From: an uncultured delta proteobacterium
Lineage (GTDB): Bacteria; Desulfobacterota; Syntrophia; Syntrophales; UBA2192
Length of the DNA stretch: 36,711 bases
Assembly: GCA_963705165.1 (NCBI GenBank)
Contig: CAVPJD010000015.1
Span: 1-36,711 of the forward strand
Direction of reading: 5' to 3'
Shown: positions 11,323 to 20,568 of the stretch, one piece after another
Numbering within the stretch: the stretch's first letter is position 1
Layout: the number at the start of each line of letters is the position of its first letter
The notes under the pieces: generated by a model
Databases searched by the model: none
Told to the model about the DNA's origin: nothing
The model's input: only the letters and a program-made list of their open reading frames with translations
Program-made: the position numbers and the translations under genes

Positions 11323-11370
11323 AAAATTCCCCTCTTTCCCCCTTTGAAAAGGGGGACGAAGGGGGATTTT
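11323..11370. repeat. REP-like palindrome, family AAAATYCCCCT...AGGGGGATTTT (copy 1)
   Basis: AAAATTCCCCTCTTTCCCCCTTT-GA-AAAGGGGGACGAAGGGGGATTTT. Related copies at 33129-33154 and 34305-34343, partial copy at 17311-17340. Confidence 0.75.
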
Positions 11371-11600
11371 CTTTTGCATAACTTCCGCATTCCCTATAGA
11401 TTCGCGACCATGAAAGATTTCCTCTTCCGTCTCTGTCTGCCTGCTCCAGAGCTTTTTCAATGGCAGCCGAAATTACGGCTGTCTACCGGAAGCCTCCGGA
11501 ACGCTCATCCGGCGGAAAAAGCCGGAGAACCCGCCTCAAACCGTTCCCAATCCGCCAATTCCGTTGAAAAAGACGCTTCTTTGCGGTAGAGTCCCATTCC

Positions 11601-13247
11601 ATGAAGAGACCCGCCGGTTTTGTTCTGTGGCTTGCCTTCGGGCTGGTCATCATACTTGCTGCCTGTTCGGGCCCTGACCGGGACGAAGGGGTCGTCGCCG
11701 TCCGCCAGGGGCAGGATGTGCCCGCCTACGGGGACATCCTGGTAGAGGGGTCTATCGGGGATGCGAGCAATCTCATCCCCGTGCTTGCCACGGACAATGC
11801 CTCACACAGCATCTCGGGTCTCATCTTCAACGGTCTCGTGAAGTACGACAGGGATCTCAACATCGTCGGCGATCTGGCCGAATCCTGGGACATCTCGAAA
11901 GACGGCCTCGTCATCACCTTTCACCTGCGAAAAGGGGTTCGCTGGCACGACGGGCAGCCGCTCACGGCCGAGGACGTCCTCTTCACCTACCGGCTCACCA
12001 TCGACCCCAAGACGCCCACGGCCTACGCCGGGGATTTCCTGAAGGTGAAAAAGGCCGAAGTCCTCGACGCCCACACCTTCCGCGTGACCTACGACAAGCC
12101 CTTCGCCCCTGCGCTCATGAGCTGGAGCTCCGCCGTGATGCCGAAGCACCTGCTGGAAGGAAAAGACGTGACCAAGAACCCGCTCGCGCGCCACCCCATC
12201 GGGACGGGCCCCTATCGTTTCAAGGAGTGGAAGACGGGCCAGAAAATCGCCCTCGTCTACAATCCCGACTATTTCGAGGGGAGGCCCTTCCTCGACGGCC
12301 GCGTCATGCGGATCATCCCCGACATGGCCACCATGTTCCTCGAACTTCGCGCGCGCGGCATCGACCAGATGGGGCTCACGCCGCTGCAGTACACCCGGCA
12401 GACGGAAAACCAGTACTTCCGCAACCACTTCCGCAAATACCGCTACCTCTCCTTTTCCTACACCTACCTCGGCTTCAACCTGCAGAACCCCATGTTCGCC
12501 GACAGGAGGGTGAGGCAGGCCCTCTCCTACGCCATCAACAAGGAAGAGCTCATCGACGGGATCCTTCTGGGCCTGGGAAAGGAAGCCACAGGGCCCTTCA
12601 AACCGGGCACATGGCAGTTCAACGCCGACGTGAAGCGATACCCCTTCGACCCGAAGAAGACCCTGGAGCTCCTCGCGGAGGCGGGCTGGCGGGACACGGA
12701 CGGCGACGGCATTCTCGACAAGAGGGGCCAGCGGTTCGAGTTCGAGCTTCTCGTCAACCAGGGAAATGAGGTCCGCGCAAAGACGGCGGAGATTGTGCAG
12801 CGAAGACTCGCCGAGGTGGGCATAACCGTCAAGATCCGGGTCATCGAGTGGGCCGCCTTCATCAAGGAGTTCATCAACAAGCGGCGTTTCGATGCCGTCA
12901 TTCTCGGGTGGACGATCCCGATGGATCCCGACCTCTACGACGTGTGGCACTCAAGTAAGACGGGGCCGAGCGAGTTGAATTTCATCTCCTACAAGAACGA
13001 GGAAGTGGACGCATTGCTGGAGAGGGGCCGCAGCACCTTCGACCGCGCCGAGCGCAAGCGCTGCTACGACCGCATCCAGGAGATCCTGGCGGAGGATCAG
13101 CCCTACATCTTCCTCTACGTGCCCGACGCGCTGCCCATCTTCAACGCCCGGGTGCGCGGGATCGACCCGGCTCCCATCGGCATCGGCCACAACACGATCC
13201 GCTGGTACGTGCCGAAGGAGGAGCAGAAATACGTGATGACACAGTGA
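11601..13247 (+). CDS. Peptide/nickel ABC transporter substrate-binding lipoprotein (SBP family 5)
   Basis: Lipobox LAAC. Motifs DLAESWDIS, FHLRKGVRWHDGQPLTAEDV, PIGTGPY and DRRVRQALSYAI. Confidence 0.92.
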   Translation: MKRPAGFVLWLAFGLVIILAACSGPDRDEGVVAVRQGQDVPAYGDILVEGSIGDASNLIPVLATDNASHSISGLIFNGLVKYDRDLNIVGDLAESWDISKDGLVITFHLRKGVRWHDGQPLTAEDVLFTYRLTIDPKTPTAYAGDFLKVKKAEVLDAHTFRVTYDKPFAPALMSWSSAVMPKHLLEGKDVTKNPLARHPIGTGPYRFKEWKTGQKIALVYNPDYFEGRPFLDGRVMRIIPDMATMFLELRARGIDQMGLTPLQYTRQTENQYFRNHFRKYRYLSFSYTYLGFNLQNPMFADRRVRQALSYAINKEELIDGILLGLGKEATGPFKPGTWQFNADVKRYPFDPKKTLELLAEAGWRDTDGDGILDKRGQRFEFELLVNQGNEVRAKTAEIVQRRLAEVGITVKIRVIEWAAFIKEFINKRRFDAVILGWTIPMDPDLYDVWHSSKTGPSELNFISYKNEEVDALLERGRSTFDRAERKRCYDRIQEILAEDQPYIFLYVPDALPIFNARVRGIDPAPIGIGHNTIRWYVPKEEQKYVMTQ

Positions 13248-13429
13248 TAAAGATGGAAGTTAGGAAGTTACGAAGAGCGGAAGATCGGCGTGGAGGGAAT
13301 TTCGTTTCTTGTCCTCATCCGCTCTTCCTCACTTCTGCTCTTCCGATCTTCAGATTCACGATGACGACGGATGAACATAAGAGAGAGGCTTGCTGAACGG
13401 GCACATGCCCTTCAGCCCGCGAGGGACCG

Positions 13430-13759
13430 ATGCTCTACATGATGCTGCTCATCCCCTTCCTGCTCTGCCTCGGCGTGGTGGCCTCTAGCTTTATGGCGGG
13501 ATTCACGCCGATGGAGAGCCGGGCTGCGTTCTACAGGGACGAGCCATTTCGCAAACGGATGGAGTGGTTTTTTCTGCCGGCCATCGGCTTTCTCCTCGGC
13601 CTCATCAACATCAATCTCAAGTACACGCTCTTGATCGGCGGTGCGGCAATTCTTCTCTCCCACTGGGTCTTGAGACCGGCCGCCGAGACTCTGATTGTTG
13701 AACCACTCTTTCGCCGCTATTCTAAGGGAAACGGGAATGGAAAAACACAAAACGGGTAA
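13430..13759 (+). CDS. Hypothetical membrane protein (about 3 TM segments)
   Basis: RBS GAGGGA, three hydrophobic stretches, overlaps the next start by 23 nt. Confidence 0.55.
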   Translation: MLYMMLLIPFLLCLGVVASSFMAGFTPMESRAAFYRDEPFRKRMEWFFLPAIGFLLGLININLKYTLLIGGAAILLSHWVLRPAAETLIVEPLFRRYSKGNGNGKTQNG

Positions 13760-14850
13760 GACTCTCCACAAGCCGCGGCGAAAGAGCGCTCAGCCGGCCG
13801 CAAAATCCCCCGGATTGAAGAAACCGGCATCGGGCCATGAGCCGAGGCCGCAGGATCTGCCCGTGCTGCTTCTCTACAACATCGACCCCGCATGGGAACC
13901 GCCTGAACAGGACGAAGCCGTAACCGCTACGCAGGAATTGATCGAGGCCTTGCGGCAGGTCGGCCATCCCGTCACTCCCGTCCAGGTCAACGATCTGGAT
14001 CTGCGGAGATTTCTTTCTCCCATACAATCCCGACCATTTCGTCGTTTTGAACTGGTGCGAGGCCATCCCCGGCATCGCCCACAGCGATGCGCTGGCCGCA
14101 GAGACCCTCGAAGAGATGGGTTTCACATACTCGGGCTCGCCGCCGCCGGTACTGCGGCTCAGCGGCGACAAGGAGAAGGTCAAGGATGTTTTGCAGCGCG
14201 CCGGCGTGCCGATTCCGCAGGGCTGTGTCTGCCCAACGGCACGGCACGTATCGTGGGAGCGGTTCCCCGCCATCGTGAAACCCGTCCAGGAGCACTGCAG
14301 CATCGGGATCACGCCCGAGGCCGTCGTCCTGGACCTTGAAGCGCTGCGGGGACGCATCGCCTTCGTCACCGAGACGTATCGGCAGGCCGCCCTCGTGGAG
14401 GAGTTCATCGACGGCCGGGAATTCCGGGTGACCCTCTGGGGAAACGAGGACGTGGAGATGCTGCCGCCCGTCGAGATGGAGTTTTCCGCCTTCAGCGATG
14501 TGCGCGAGCGGCTGTGCTCGTGGGACGCCAAGTTCACGCCGGGCTCGCGCCACTACACCGAGATCCGCACCGTCGCACCCGCCCCGCTGACAGCGGAAGA
14601 GCTTCGCCTGCTGGAAGAGGTCTCCCGGGCCGCCTACCGGGCCATGGGGATCCGGGATTACGCCCGCTTCGATTTCCGGCTTCGCGAAGGCGTATTCTAC
14701 CTCCTGGACCCGAACCCCAACCCCGACATCAGCGCCGACGCCAGCCTGGCCCTCATGGCGGAGCTCGCCGGCCACTCTTACGGCCAGATGGGCAGCCGGC
14801 TCATACACCTCGCGGCGAAGCGGCATCCGGTCTTCGGTATGAAAAGGTGA
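13737..14850 (+). pseudogene. D-Ala-D-Ala ligase-like ATP-grasp protein with a +1 frameshift near 14015-14022
   Basis: N-part (VLLLYN...LIEALRQVGHPV...LRRFLSP) continues in another frame as YNPDHFVVLNWCE...YSGS...DKEKVK...IVKPVQEHCSIGI...LVEEFIDGREF...DYARFDFR...LDPNPNPD. Removing one base gives about 370 aa. Confidence 0.8.
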
Positions 14851-14936
14851 TCCGGTGTTGACGTGACGGGGTGCCGGAGTGTTTCTTTTTTTCTTCACCC
14901 TGTGCTCAGGCTGGAATGCCGATCGGCAGATAATGC

Positions 14937-14961
14937 TTGCATACAATTAAATTGTGTGGTA
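14937..14961 (+). promoter_or_regulatory. Putative MarR operator 1 (autoregulatory)
   Basis: TTGCATACAATTAAATTGTGTGGTA, an imperfect palindrome 11 nt before the marR start, similar to the site at 15412. Confidence 0.6.
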
Positions 14962-14972
14962 GGAATGCGACC

Positions 14973-15392
14973 ATGAAAATGCGAGCCGAGGATTGTATCT
15001 TTTTCCAGCTGGCAAAGGCGGCCCAGACGGGCTCACGGTTCTGGAGCCAGAAGGTGGCGGCCCTGAACGTGACGGCTACCCAGGCCATGGTCTTGCGCTT
15101 CCTTTTTGACCGGGATGAGGTGAACTCGAGCGAGCTCGGGAGCAGGACCGAGCTGGACAGCGCGACACTCACGGGCATCCTGGACAGGCTCGAGGCCGCG
15201 GGAATCATCGAGAGGCGACCGAACCCCACGGACCGGCGGGCCATCCATATTCATCTCACGGAGAAAGGAAGAGGGGCAGCAAAGGAGATTTTCCGGTTAG
15301 TGGGGGTCGCCAATACAGAGTTTCTGGGGGGACTGAATCCTTCCGAGGCAAAAGAGCTCAGGCGCCTGCTCGACAAGGTCAGACAGAAGTAA
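14973..15392 (+). CDS. MarR family transcriptional regulator
   Basis: winged-helix motif LDSATLTGILDRLEAAGIIERRPNPTDRRAIHIHLTEKG. Confidence 0.93.
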   Translation: MKMRAEDCIFFQLAKAAQTGSRFWSQKVAALNVTATQAMVLRFLFDRDEVNSSELGSRTELDSATLTGILDRLEAAGIIERRPNPTDRRAIHIHLTEKGRGAAKEIFRLVGVANTEFLGGLNPSEAKELRRLLDKVRQK

Positions 15393-15411
15393 AAATTTTT
15401 GCCCGCATAGC

Positions 15412-15436
15412 TTGCATGCAATCTAATTGCGTGCAA
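15412..15436 (+). promoter_or_regulatory. Putative MarR operator 2
   Basis: TTGCATGCAAT-CTA-ATTGCGTGCAA, a near-perfect 25-bp inverted repeat upstream of the FabK/NMO-like gene. Confidence 0.7.
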
Positions 15437-15508
15437 TGGATATCGATCTTCCCACGGACTGGCTGCACCGGGAAGATCCCGCCCAAAAACGATCAAGGAG
15501 GGAACCCC

Positions 15509-16411
15509 ATGTCTGAACTACTGAAAATGCTGGGATGCCGGTATCCGGTCATCCAGGGACCCATCGGGGAAATGAACAGCGCAAGGCTTGTCGCTGCCAT
15601 CTGCGAGGCCGGCGCCTACGGGATGCTCGCGCTCGGCTTCAGCGACGCCGAAAGGACCCGTCAGCTGGTCAAAGAGGTGAAAGCGCTCACCGACAAGCCC
15701 TTCGGCGCCAACCTGATGCTCCTCAACCCCAACAACCCCGGGATTCTCGACGTGCTGGCCGGCGCGGGCGTCAAGACGATCACCACGTCGGTGGGCAATC
15801 CAAAACCCGTGTACCAGCGGATCCATGAACTGGGGATGAAGGGGCTCCACGTGGCGCTCACCCTGGTCCACGCCATGAGGGCTGAGGAAGCCGGGGTGGA
15901 CGGGATTGTCATCACAGGGGCCGAATCCGGCGGTCTTCGCTCCACGGAATCCGAGTCCACCAACATGGTCCTGATCCCCCTGGTCGTCGATCACGTGCGC
16001 GTCCCCGTCGTGGCCGCAGGCGGAATCGCCGACTCGCGTGGGTATCGCGCGGCCCTGGCTCTGGGCGCTCAGGGGGTGCAGATCGGGACCCGCTTCCTGG
16101 CCACCGAGGAGAGCACCGCCCACGAGAAATGGAAGCAGGCCATCGTGCAATGCGGCGACGGGGGAACGGTCCTCATCCCGCTGAAAAGGATGAACATGCG
16201 GGCCATCCTCACGCCCGCCCTGAAGAAACTGATGAGCGAACCGGGCTTCGATCTGACCGGCCGCTACCGCCTCGAGGACGTCCCGAAGGCATGGGGCTCG
16301 GGGGACTTCGATCTCTTTCCCGCCGGAGCCGGTCAGGTCAGCGCGCTGATCCGGGACGTGAAGCCTGTCCGTGAAATCATCGCGGAGATGGTTTCATCAA
16401 CCCCAGGGTGA
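15509..16411 (+). CDS. Nitronate monooxygenase / FabK-like FMN oxidoreductase
   Basis: YPVIQGP, TDKPFGANL, VPVVAAGGIAD, ALGAQGVQIGTRF and AGQVSALI. RBS AGGAGG before ATG 15509. Confidence 0.9.
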   Translation: MSELLKMLGCRYPVIQGPIGEMNSARLVAAICEAGAYGMLALGFSDAERTRQLVKEVKALTDKPFGANLMLLNPNNPGILDVLAGAGVKTITTSVGNPKPVYQRIHELGMKGLHVALTLVHAMRAEEAGVDGIVITGAESGGLRSTESESTNMVLIPLVVDHVRVPVVAAGGIADSRGYRAALALGAQGVQIGTRFLATEESTAHEKWKQAIVQCGDGGTVLIPLKRMNMRAILTPALKKLMSEPGFDLTGRYRLEDVPKAWGSGDFDLFPAGAGQVSALIRDVKPVREIIAEMVSSTPG

Positions 16412-16505
16412 CAGAAAGAGAAAAGACGGCAGTTGACCGCGAAGACGTTTTCATGGCAGGCTTTGCGGGTCCGCATACGACGACAAAACAAAGGAGGGAG
16501 AGCAT

Positions 16506-17294
16506 ATGACGTACGAGACGATCCTGTTCGAAGTGAAGGATCAGGTGGCCTTCATCACCCTGAACCGTCCCGAAGCGGCAAACGGGCTCATCATGACCTC
16601 GGGCAGGGAACTGATGCACGCGGCCATCCGCTGCGACGAGGACCCGGGCATCCGGGCGGCCCTGCTCACCGGGCGCGGCAAGTTTTTCAGCGCCGGCGGC
16701 GATCTGAAGTATTTTGCGGAATCCGGCGAGGGGCTGGCGCAAGCCCTGAAGGAGATGACCGTCTACTGCCACGCGGCGGCCTCGCGGTTCATGCGCATGG
16801 ACAAGCCGCTGGTGACGGCCGTCAACGGCCCCGCAGCGGGAATGGGGATGAGCTTCGCCATCTCCGGGGACCTGGTGCTTGCCGCCGAATCGGCGTCGTT
16901 CACGGCGGCCTACACGGCGGCAGCGCTCTCGCCGGACGGCGCGATGACCTACCTGCTGCCCCGCTTCATCGGGCTGTTGAGAACCAAGGAGCTCGTGCTG
17001 ACGAACCGCAGGCTCAGCGCCAAGGAGGCCCTGGAATGGGGCCTCGTCAACCGGGTCATCCCCGACGCGGAGCTGATGCAGGAGGCCGAAAAGCTGGCGA
17101 AGGCCCTCGCAGCCGGCCCCACTCGGTCATTCGGGTCCGTGAAGAAGCTGCTGTGCGGGACCTATTCGGAGTCGCTGGAGACGCAGATGGAACTCGAGGC
17201 CCGTGGGATCGCCGACATGTCGAAAACGGCCGATGCCCGGGAGGGAGTGGGCGCGTTCCTCGCCAGGCGCAAACCCGTTTTCACCGGCAAGTAG
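16506..17294 (+). CDS. Enoyl-CoA hydratase/isomerase family protein (PaaG-like)
   Basis: ITLNRPE, FSAGGDL, AVNGPAAGMG and SPDGAMTYLLPR. RBS AGGAGG. Confidence 0.9.
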   Translation: MTYETILFEVKDQVAFITLNRPEAANGLIMTSGRELMHAAIRCDEDPGIRAALLTGRGKFFSAGGDLKYFAESGEGLAQALKEMTVYCHAAASRFMRMDKPLVTAVNGPAAGMGMSFAISGDLVLAAESASFTAAYTAAALSPDGAMTYLLPRFIGLLRTKELVLTNRRLSAKEALEWGLVNRVIPDAELMQEAEKLAKALAAGPTRSFGSVKKLLCGTYSESLETQMELEARGIADMSKTADAREGVGAFLARRKPVFTGK

Positions 17295-17461
17295 AAATCA
17301 TCAAGGAAACAAATCCCCCTCGCCGCTTGGGGGAAAAGAGTCAGTAATCAGTTGAGTGGTTGACTGGTTGAAAAGGGTGAAGGAAGAATCACGGATGCCT
17401 CCTTACGTTTACGTTCTTCCCTTATCGAACCTGTTAACGCTATCAGACTTGTTACTTCGGT

Positions 17462-17478
17462 GCAGGCCGACCGCCTGC
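17462..17478 (-). promoter_or_regulatory. SECIS-like hairpin of the arsS-like gene
   Basis: Minus strand reads UGA + 17 nt + GCAGGC-GGUCG-GCCUGC. The loop begins with G, 23 nt from the UGA. Confidence 0.7.
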
Positions 17479-18428
17479 TAGGCAATCGCGCCCAGTCAGG
17501 TGCCCCCCTGACCGGCTGCGCAGACGAAGCAGTGCTCACCCGTCACGATGTGTCGGCGCGAAAGCCGCTTGATGTCGAAGCCGGCGATGTGCCGGGGGCA
17601 GTTACTGTCGACGAAGAGGTCGAGAGACTGGTTATAGTCGCAATCGAAAAGAGCGCCGTCCCAGCGGACGCTCACCAGGTCACGGCACATGAGCCCCTCG
17701 AGGGTTGCGGGGTTGAAGGCCTCCCGGACCATGCCCATGTATGAGTCCAGCTGGGCGGTCCTGAGGAGGAAGTCGCGGAATCGTCCCAGCGCCATGTTCG
17801 GAAATACATAGAGGGAATTGAAGGCGATCCCGTGGCGGCTGCGGAGCGTCTTGCGGAATTCCTCTTCGATATCCTTCTGCAAGGGGGCAAGAGCTGCTCC
17901 CGGCGGGTTATAGACCAGGTGGAGGAGAAGCCCGTTGGTCCCGTATCCCCTGTCGTTAAGGATTCTGAGGACCCTCAGGCTTCTGCTGAAGGCACCCCTG
18001 CCCCGCACCAGGCTTACACTCGCACCGGTATCGCCCGGCAGGGATGCGATGACTTCGACACGATGGTCGCAAAAGAATTCGGGGAGATCCCTGCACGCGG
18101 GCTCCTCCAGGACGGTGAGGTTCGTGCGGACGATGACGCGGGTACCGATACGGCGAGCCTCGCAAACCAGGTTGCGCAGTTCAGGATGAAGTTCCGGGGC
18201 GCCGCCCGTGATGTCGAGCGTCCCGATTTTTTCCCGCCGCAGCACGTCAAGCACCGCCTCGATCGTCTCACGGCTCATCATCTCTTTTCTGCCGGGCCCC
18301 GCCGAGAGGTGGCAGTGCTTGCAGCTCATGTTGCAGGCATACCCCAGGTTGACCTGAAGGATGGCGACCTCTTTTGCCACCAGGGGCCCGCCCCGAAAGC
18401 CTTTCACTTTTTCATCGAACGTCAGCAT
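17478..18428 (-). CDS. arsS: ArsS-type (arsenosugar-associated) radical SAM/DUF3641 selenoprotein, Sec at TGA 17496-17498
   Basis: LQVNLGYACNMSCKHCH (CxxxCxxC), LDITGGAPE, GLMCRDLVSV..DCDYNQ, and C-terminus HCFVCAAGQGGT-U-LGAIA-TAG. The TGA aligns with the Cys of the family's ...AGQGSSCGGAL end. Confidence 0.85.
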
Positions 18429-18566
18429 GTCACCAGGTGATCCTCTCCGTTCCATTCTCCCATTGCAGGCTCCACGCAGAAACCGAGGCTGCAGTCGGCA
18501 TTCATGCAAATCAGTATATACACGGTGGCGATGATCCTCCACCCTTTTTTAGCTCCCCCTTGGCAT

Positions 18567-18610
18567 AAAAAAAAGAGGCGGGAGTGCAGCCCGCCTGCTC
18601 TCCCGCCTCT
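18567..18610 (-). terminator. Intrinsic terminator after the GMP synthase subunit gene
   Basis: Minus strand: AGAGGCGGGAG...CTCCCGCCTCT followed by a T-run. Confidence 0.8.
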
Positions 18611-18652
18611 GAATTTTTTCAAACCGCAGGTTGATCGATTCCTCCAGGAAGC

Positions 18653-19618
18653 TCAGATGGCCTCGATCGTGGAAGGCGGCTTGGTGGCAACATTGTAGGT
18701 CACGCTCACCACGCCGGGCACGCTGTCGAGAATCTTCCCTGCGATCCGCTCGAGCGTCTGCCAGGGAAGCCTTGTCGGCGTGGCCTTCCTGGCATCGATG
18801 CTGTCCCAGCAGCGGATCTCGATCTGCAGGCCGAAGTCCCGTTTGCCGGCGCGCATGCCCGTGACGCGGTCCTCGTGGAGGATCGCCATGTACTGGAAGG
18901 CCTTGACCTTCTGGAGTTCCTCCTCGACGATGACCGTCGCCTTGCGCACTAGCGCGATCTTCATCGGCGTCACCTCGCCGATGACCCGGGCGGCGAGAGC
19001 CGGTCCCGGGAAGGGGATCCTGTCGAAGAGCGATTTCTGCAGCCCCAGGGCCATGCCGACCTTGCGGACGCCGTCCTTGCGAAGCTGTACGAGGGGCTCG
19101 CTGATCTTGTAGCCGAAGGCCTTCTTCGGGTCGATGCCGATCTGCTCGAAGACATTATGCTGGCGCTTGATCCCGGCGGCCGTCTCCTCCACGTCGGTGA
19201 GGATCGTCCCCTGCAGCAGCAACGTGGCCTTGCTTTTCAGCACGAGGTCGCGGAAGACCTTTTTGTAGAAGGTCTGCGTGATGGCCTCCCGCTTCAGCTC
19301 CGGGTCCGTTATGCCCTTCATGGCGTCGAAAAAGGCCTTCCGGGCATCGACGATCGTCACCGGGATGCCGAGCTCCTTGAACAGGGTGGCCACCTTCTTC
19401 GGCTCGCCCTCGCGCATGATCCCGTTGTCGATGAAGTAGGTCTTGAGTTTTTTCCCCAGCGCCCTGTGCGCCAGGGCCGTGACGACCGACGAGTCCACGC
19501 CGCCCGAAAGCGCGCTGATGGCGATCCCGTCGCCCACCATCTCCCGGATCTCGCGGACCTTCTCGTCGATGAATTTCTTCGGTTTCAGATCCTTCGCCTT
19601 GATCTCCTTGTACGTCAT
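18653..19618 (-). CDS. GMP synthase ATP-pyrophosphatase subunit (GuaA subunit B-like, no glutaminase domain)
   Basis: PP-loop ALSGGVDSSV, FIDNGIMREGE, ITDPELKR, LLQGTI, PFPGPALAARVIGEVT and KPPSTIE. 321 aa. RBS GGAGGAGG. Confidence 0.9.
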   Translation of the reverse strand: MTYKEIKAKDLKPKKFIDEKVREIREMVGDGIAISALSGGVDSSVVTALAHRALGKKLKTYFIDNGIMREGEPKKVATLFKELGIPVTIVDARKAFFDAMKGITDPELKREAITQTFYKKVFRDLVLKSKATLLLQGTILTDVEETAAGIKRQHNVFEQIGIDPKKAFGYKISEPLVQLRKDGVRKVGMALGLQKSLFDRIPFPGPALAARVIGEVTPMKIALVRKATVIVEEELQKVKAFQYMAILHEDRVTGMRAGKRDFGLQIEIRCWDSIDARKATPTRLPWQTLERIAGKILDSVPGVVSVTYNVATKPPSTIEAI

Positions 19619-19905
19619 GACCCCCTCCTCCGAAGCAGAGTTTTAGCCGCGGGCGCGGGACCCGGAAGCGGCGTTACGATTTTGTAACACAGCCGCCGCT
19701 TTTCTTCCAGCCCTTTGATTCGTTATGGGGACGGATGCCGAGGGAATCCTCTTCTTCCTGAAAGCGTTGAAATCGCATTGCGCCGCTGAGTAGAAAATTA
19801 TAATCGGGATTGGCAGAACAAAAAACAAAGAAGGCAGGACTTGCAACCCTGCCTTCTTTGTTTTTACACGCTGACATTTTCAACTGCTTGCCCGTCACTT
19901 GATTG

Positions 19906-20514
19906 TCAGGAGGACGGGATCAGTTTCTTATCGCCAAGGGTCTTCACCACCAGGCTGACGAACCGGGAGATCTGGTCTTCGCTCCCGGAGGGGTTGACGG
20001 CATCGACGGTGGATCGCCAGACGATGCCCATCGTTTTCCCGTCGAAGAGCCTCGACTCCAGGGTTACCGCTTCGCGCTGCTTGACCGTCTGCGGCCTTGG
20101 GCCGAACCATGGTATGTAAGTCATCGAAGACATGGTCTTGTCTGGCGCCCCGTAGGTTTGGACATCGGTTCCCGCCCCCAGGACCCGCACGATCAGGTAG
20201 GCCTCGATTCCCATTGCCTGGCTCACCCTTATCAGTTCCTCACGGGTTGCCTTGTCGGGGTCGGGGAAGAATTCATGGCACGTGGCCGCCTCGACTCCCT
20301 GCGACTTGAGCTGCTTGGCAAACTCGTTCTCGATAGGCTGCCGCAAGTAGTCCCGCTTCTCCATGGCGACGACCATGATCTTCTTGAAGGCCGGTCCCGT
20401 ATAGGTCGAGTTCCTCCAGTTGTCCGTCAGGCGCATGGGGGAGGCACAGGACAGGATCATCAGTGACGCCGCAAAAAGCAGGATTCCCGATATTGCGATT
20501 CTCGTCTTGCCCAT
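19906..20514 (-). CDS. Hypothetical lipoprotein
   Basis: Signal peptide with lipobox ILSC. RBS AAGGAAG. Coding-like composition. Confidence 0.75.
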   Translation of the reverse strand: MGKTRIAISGILLFAASLMILSCASPMRLTDNWRNSTYTGPAFKKIMVVAMEKRDYLRQPIENEFAKQLKSQGVEAATCHEFFPDPDKATREELIRVSQAMGIEAYLIVRVLGAGTDVQTYGAPDKTMSSMTYIPWFGPRPQTVKQREAVTLESRLFDGKTMGIVWRSTVDAVNPSGSEDQISRFVSLVVKTLGDKKLIPSS

Positions 20515-20568
20515 GTTGATCTTCCTTTCATTTTGTTCTGCAGGCCGGTAATGAGTCCGTATATGTCC

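Noticed and set aside
9126..16411. TGA stops of secD, DUF456, lepB, the SBP and the FabK-like gene as possible Sec codons
   Set aside because: The proteins are complete at those positions, no conserved Cys is expected there, and I saw no SECIS-like hairpin at the proper spacing.
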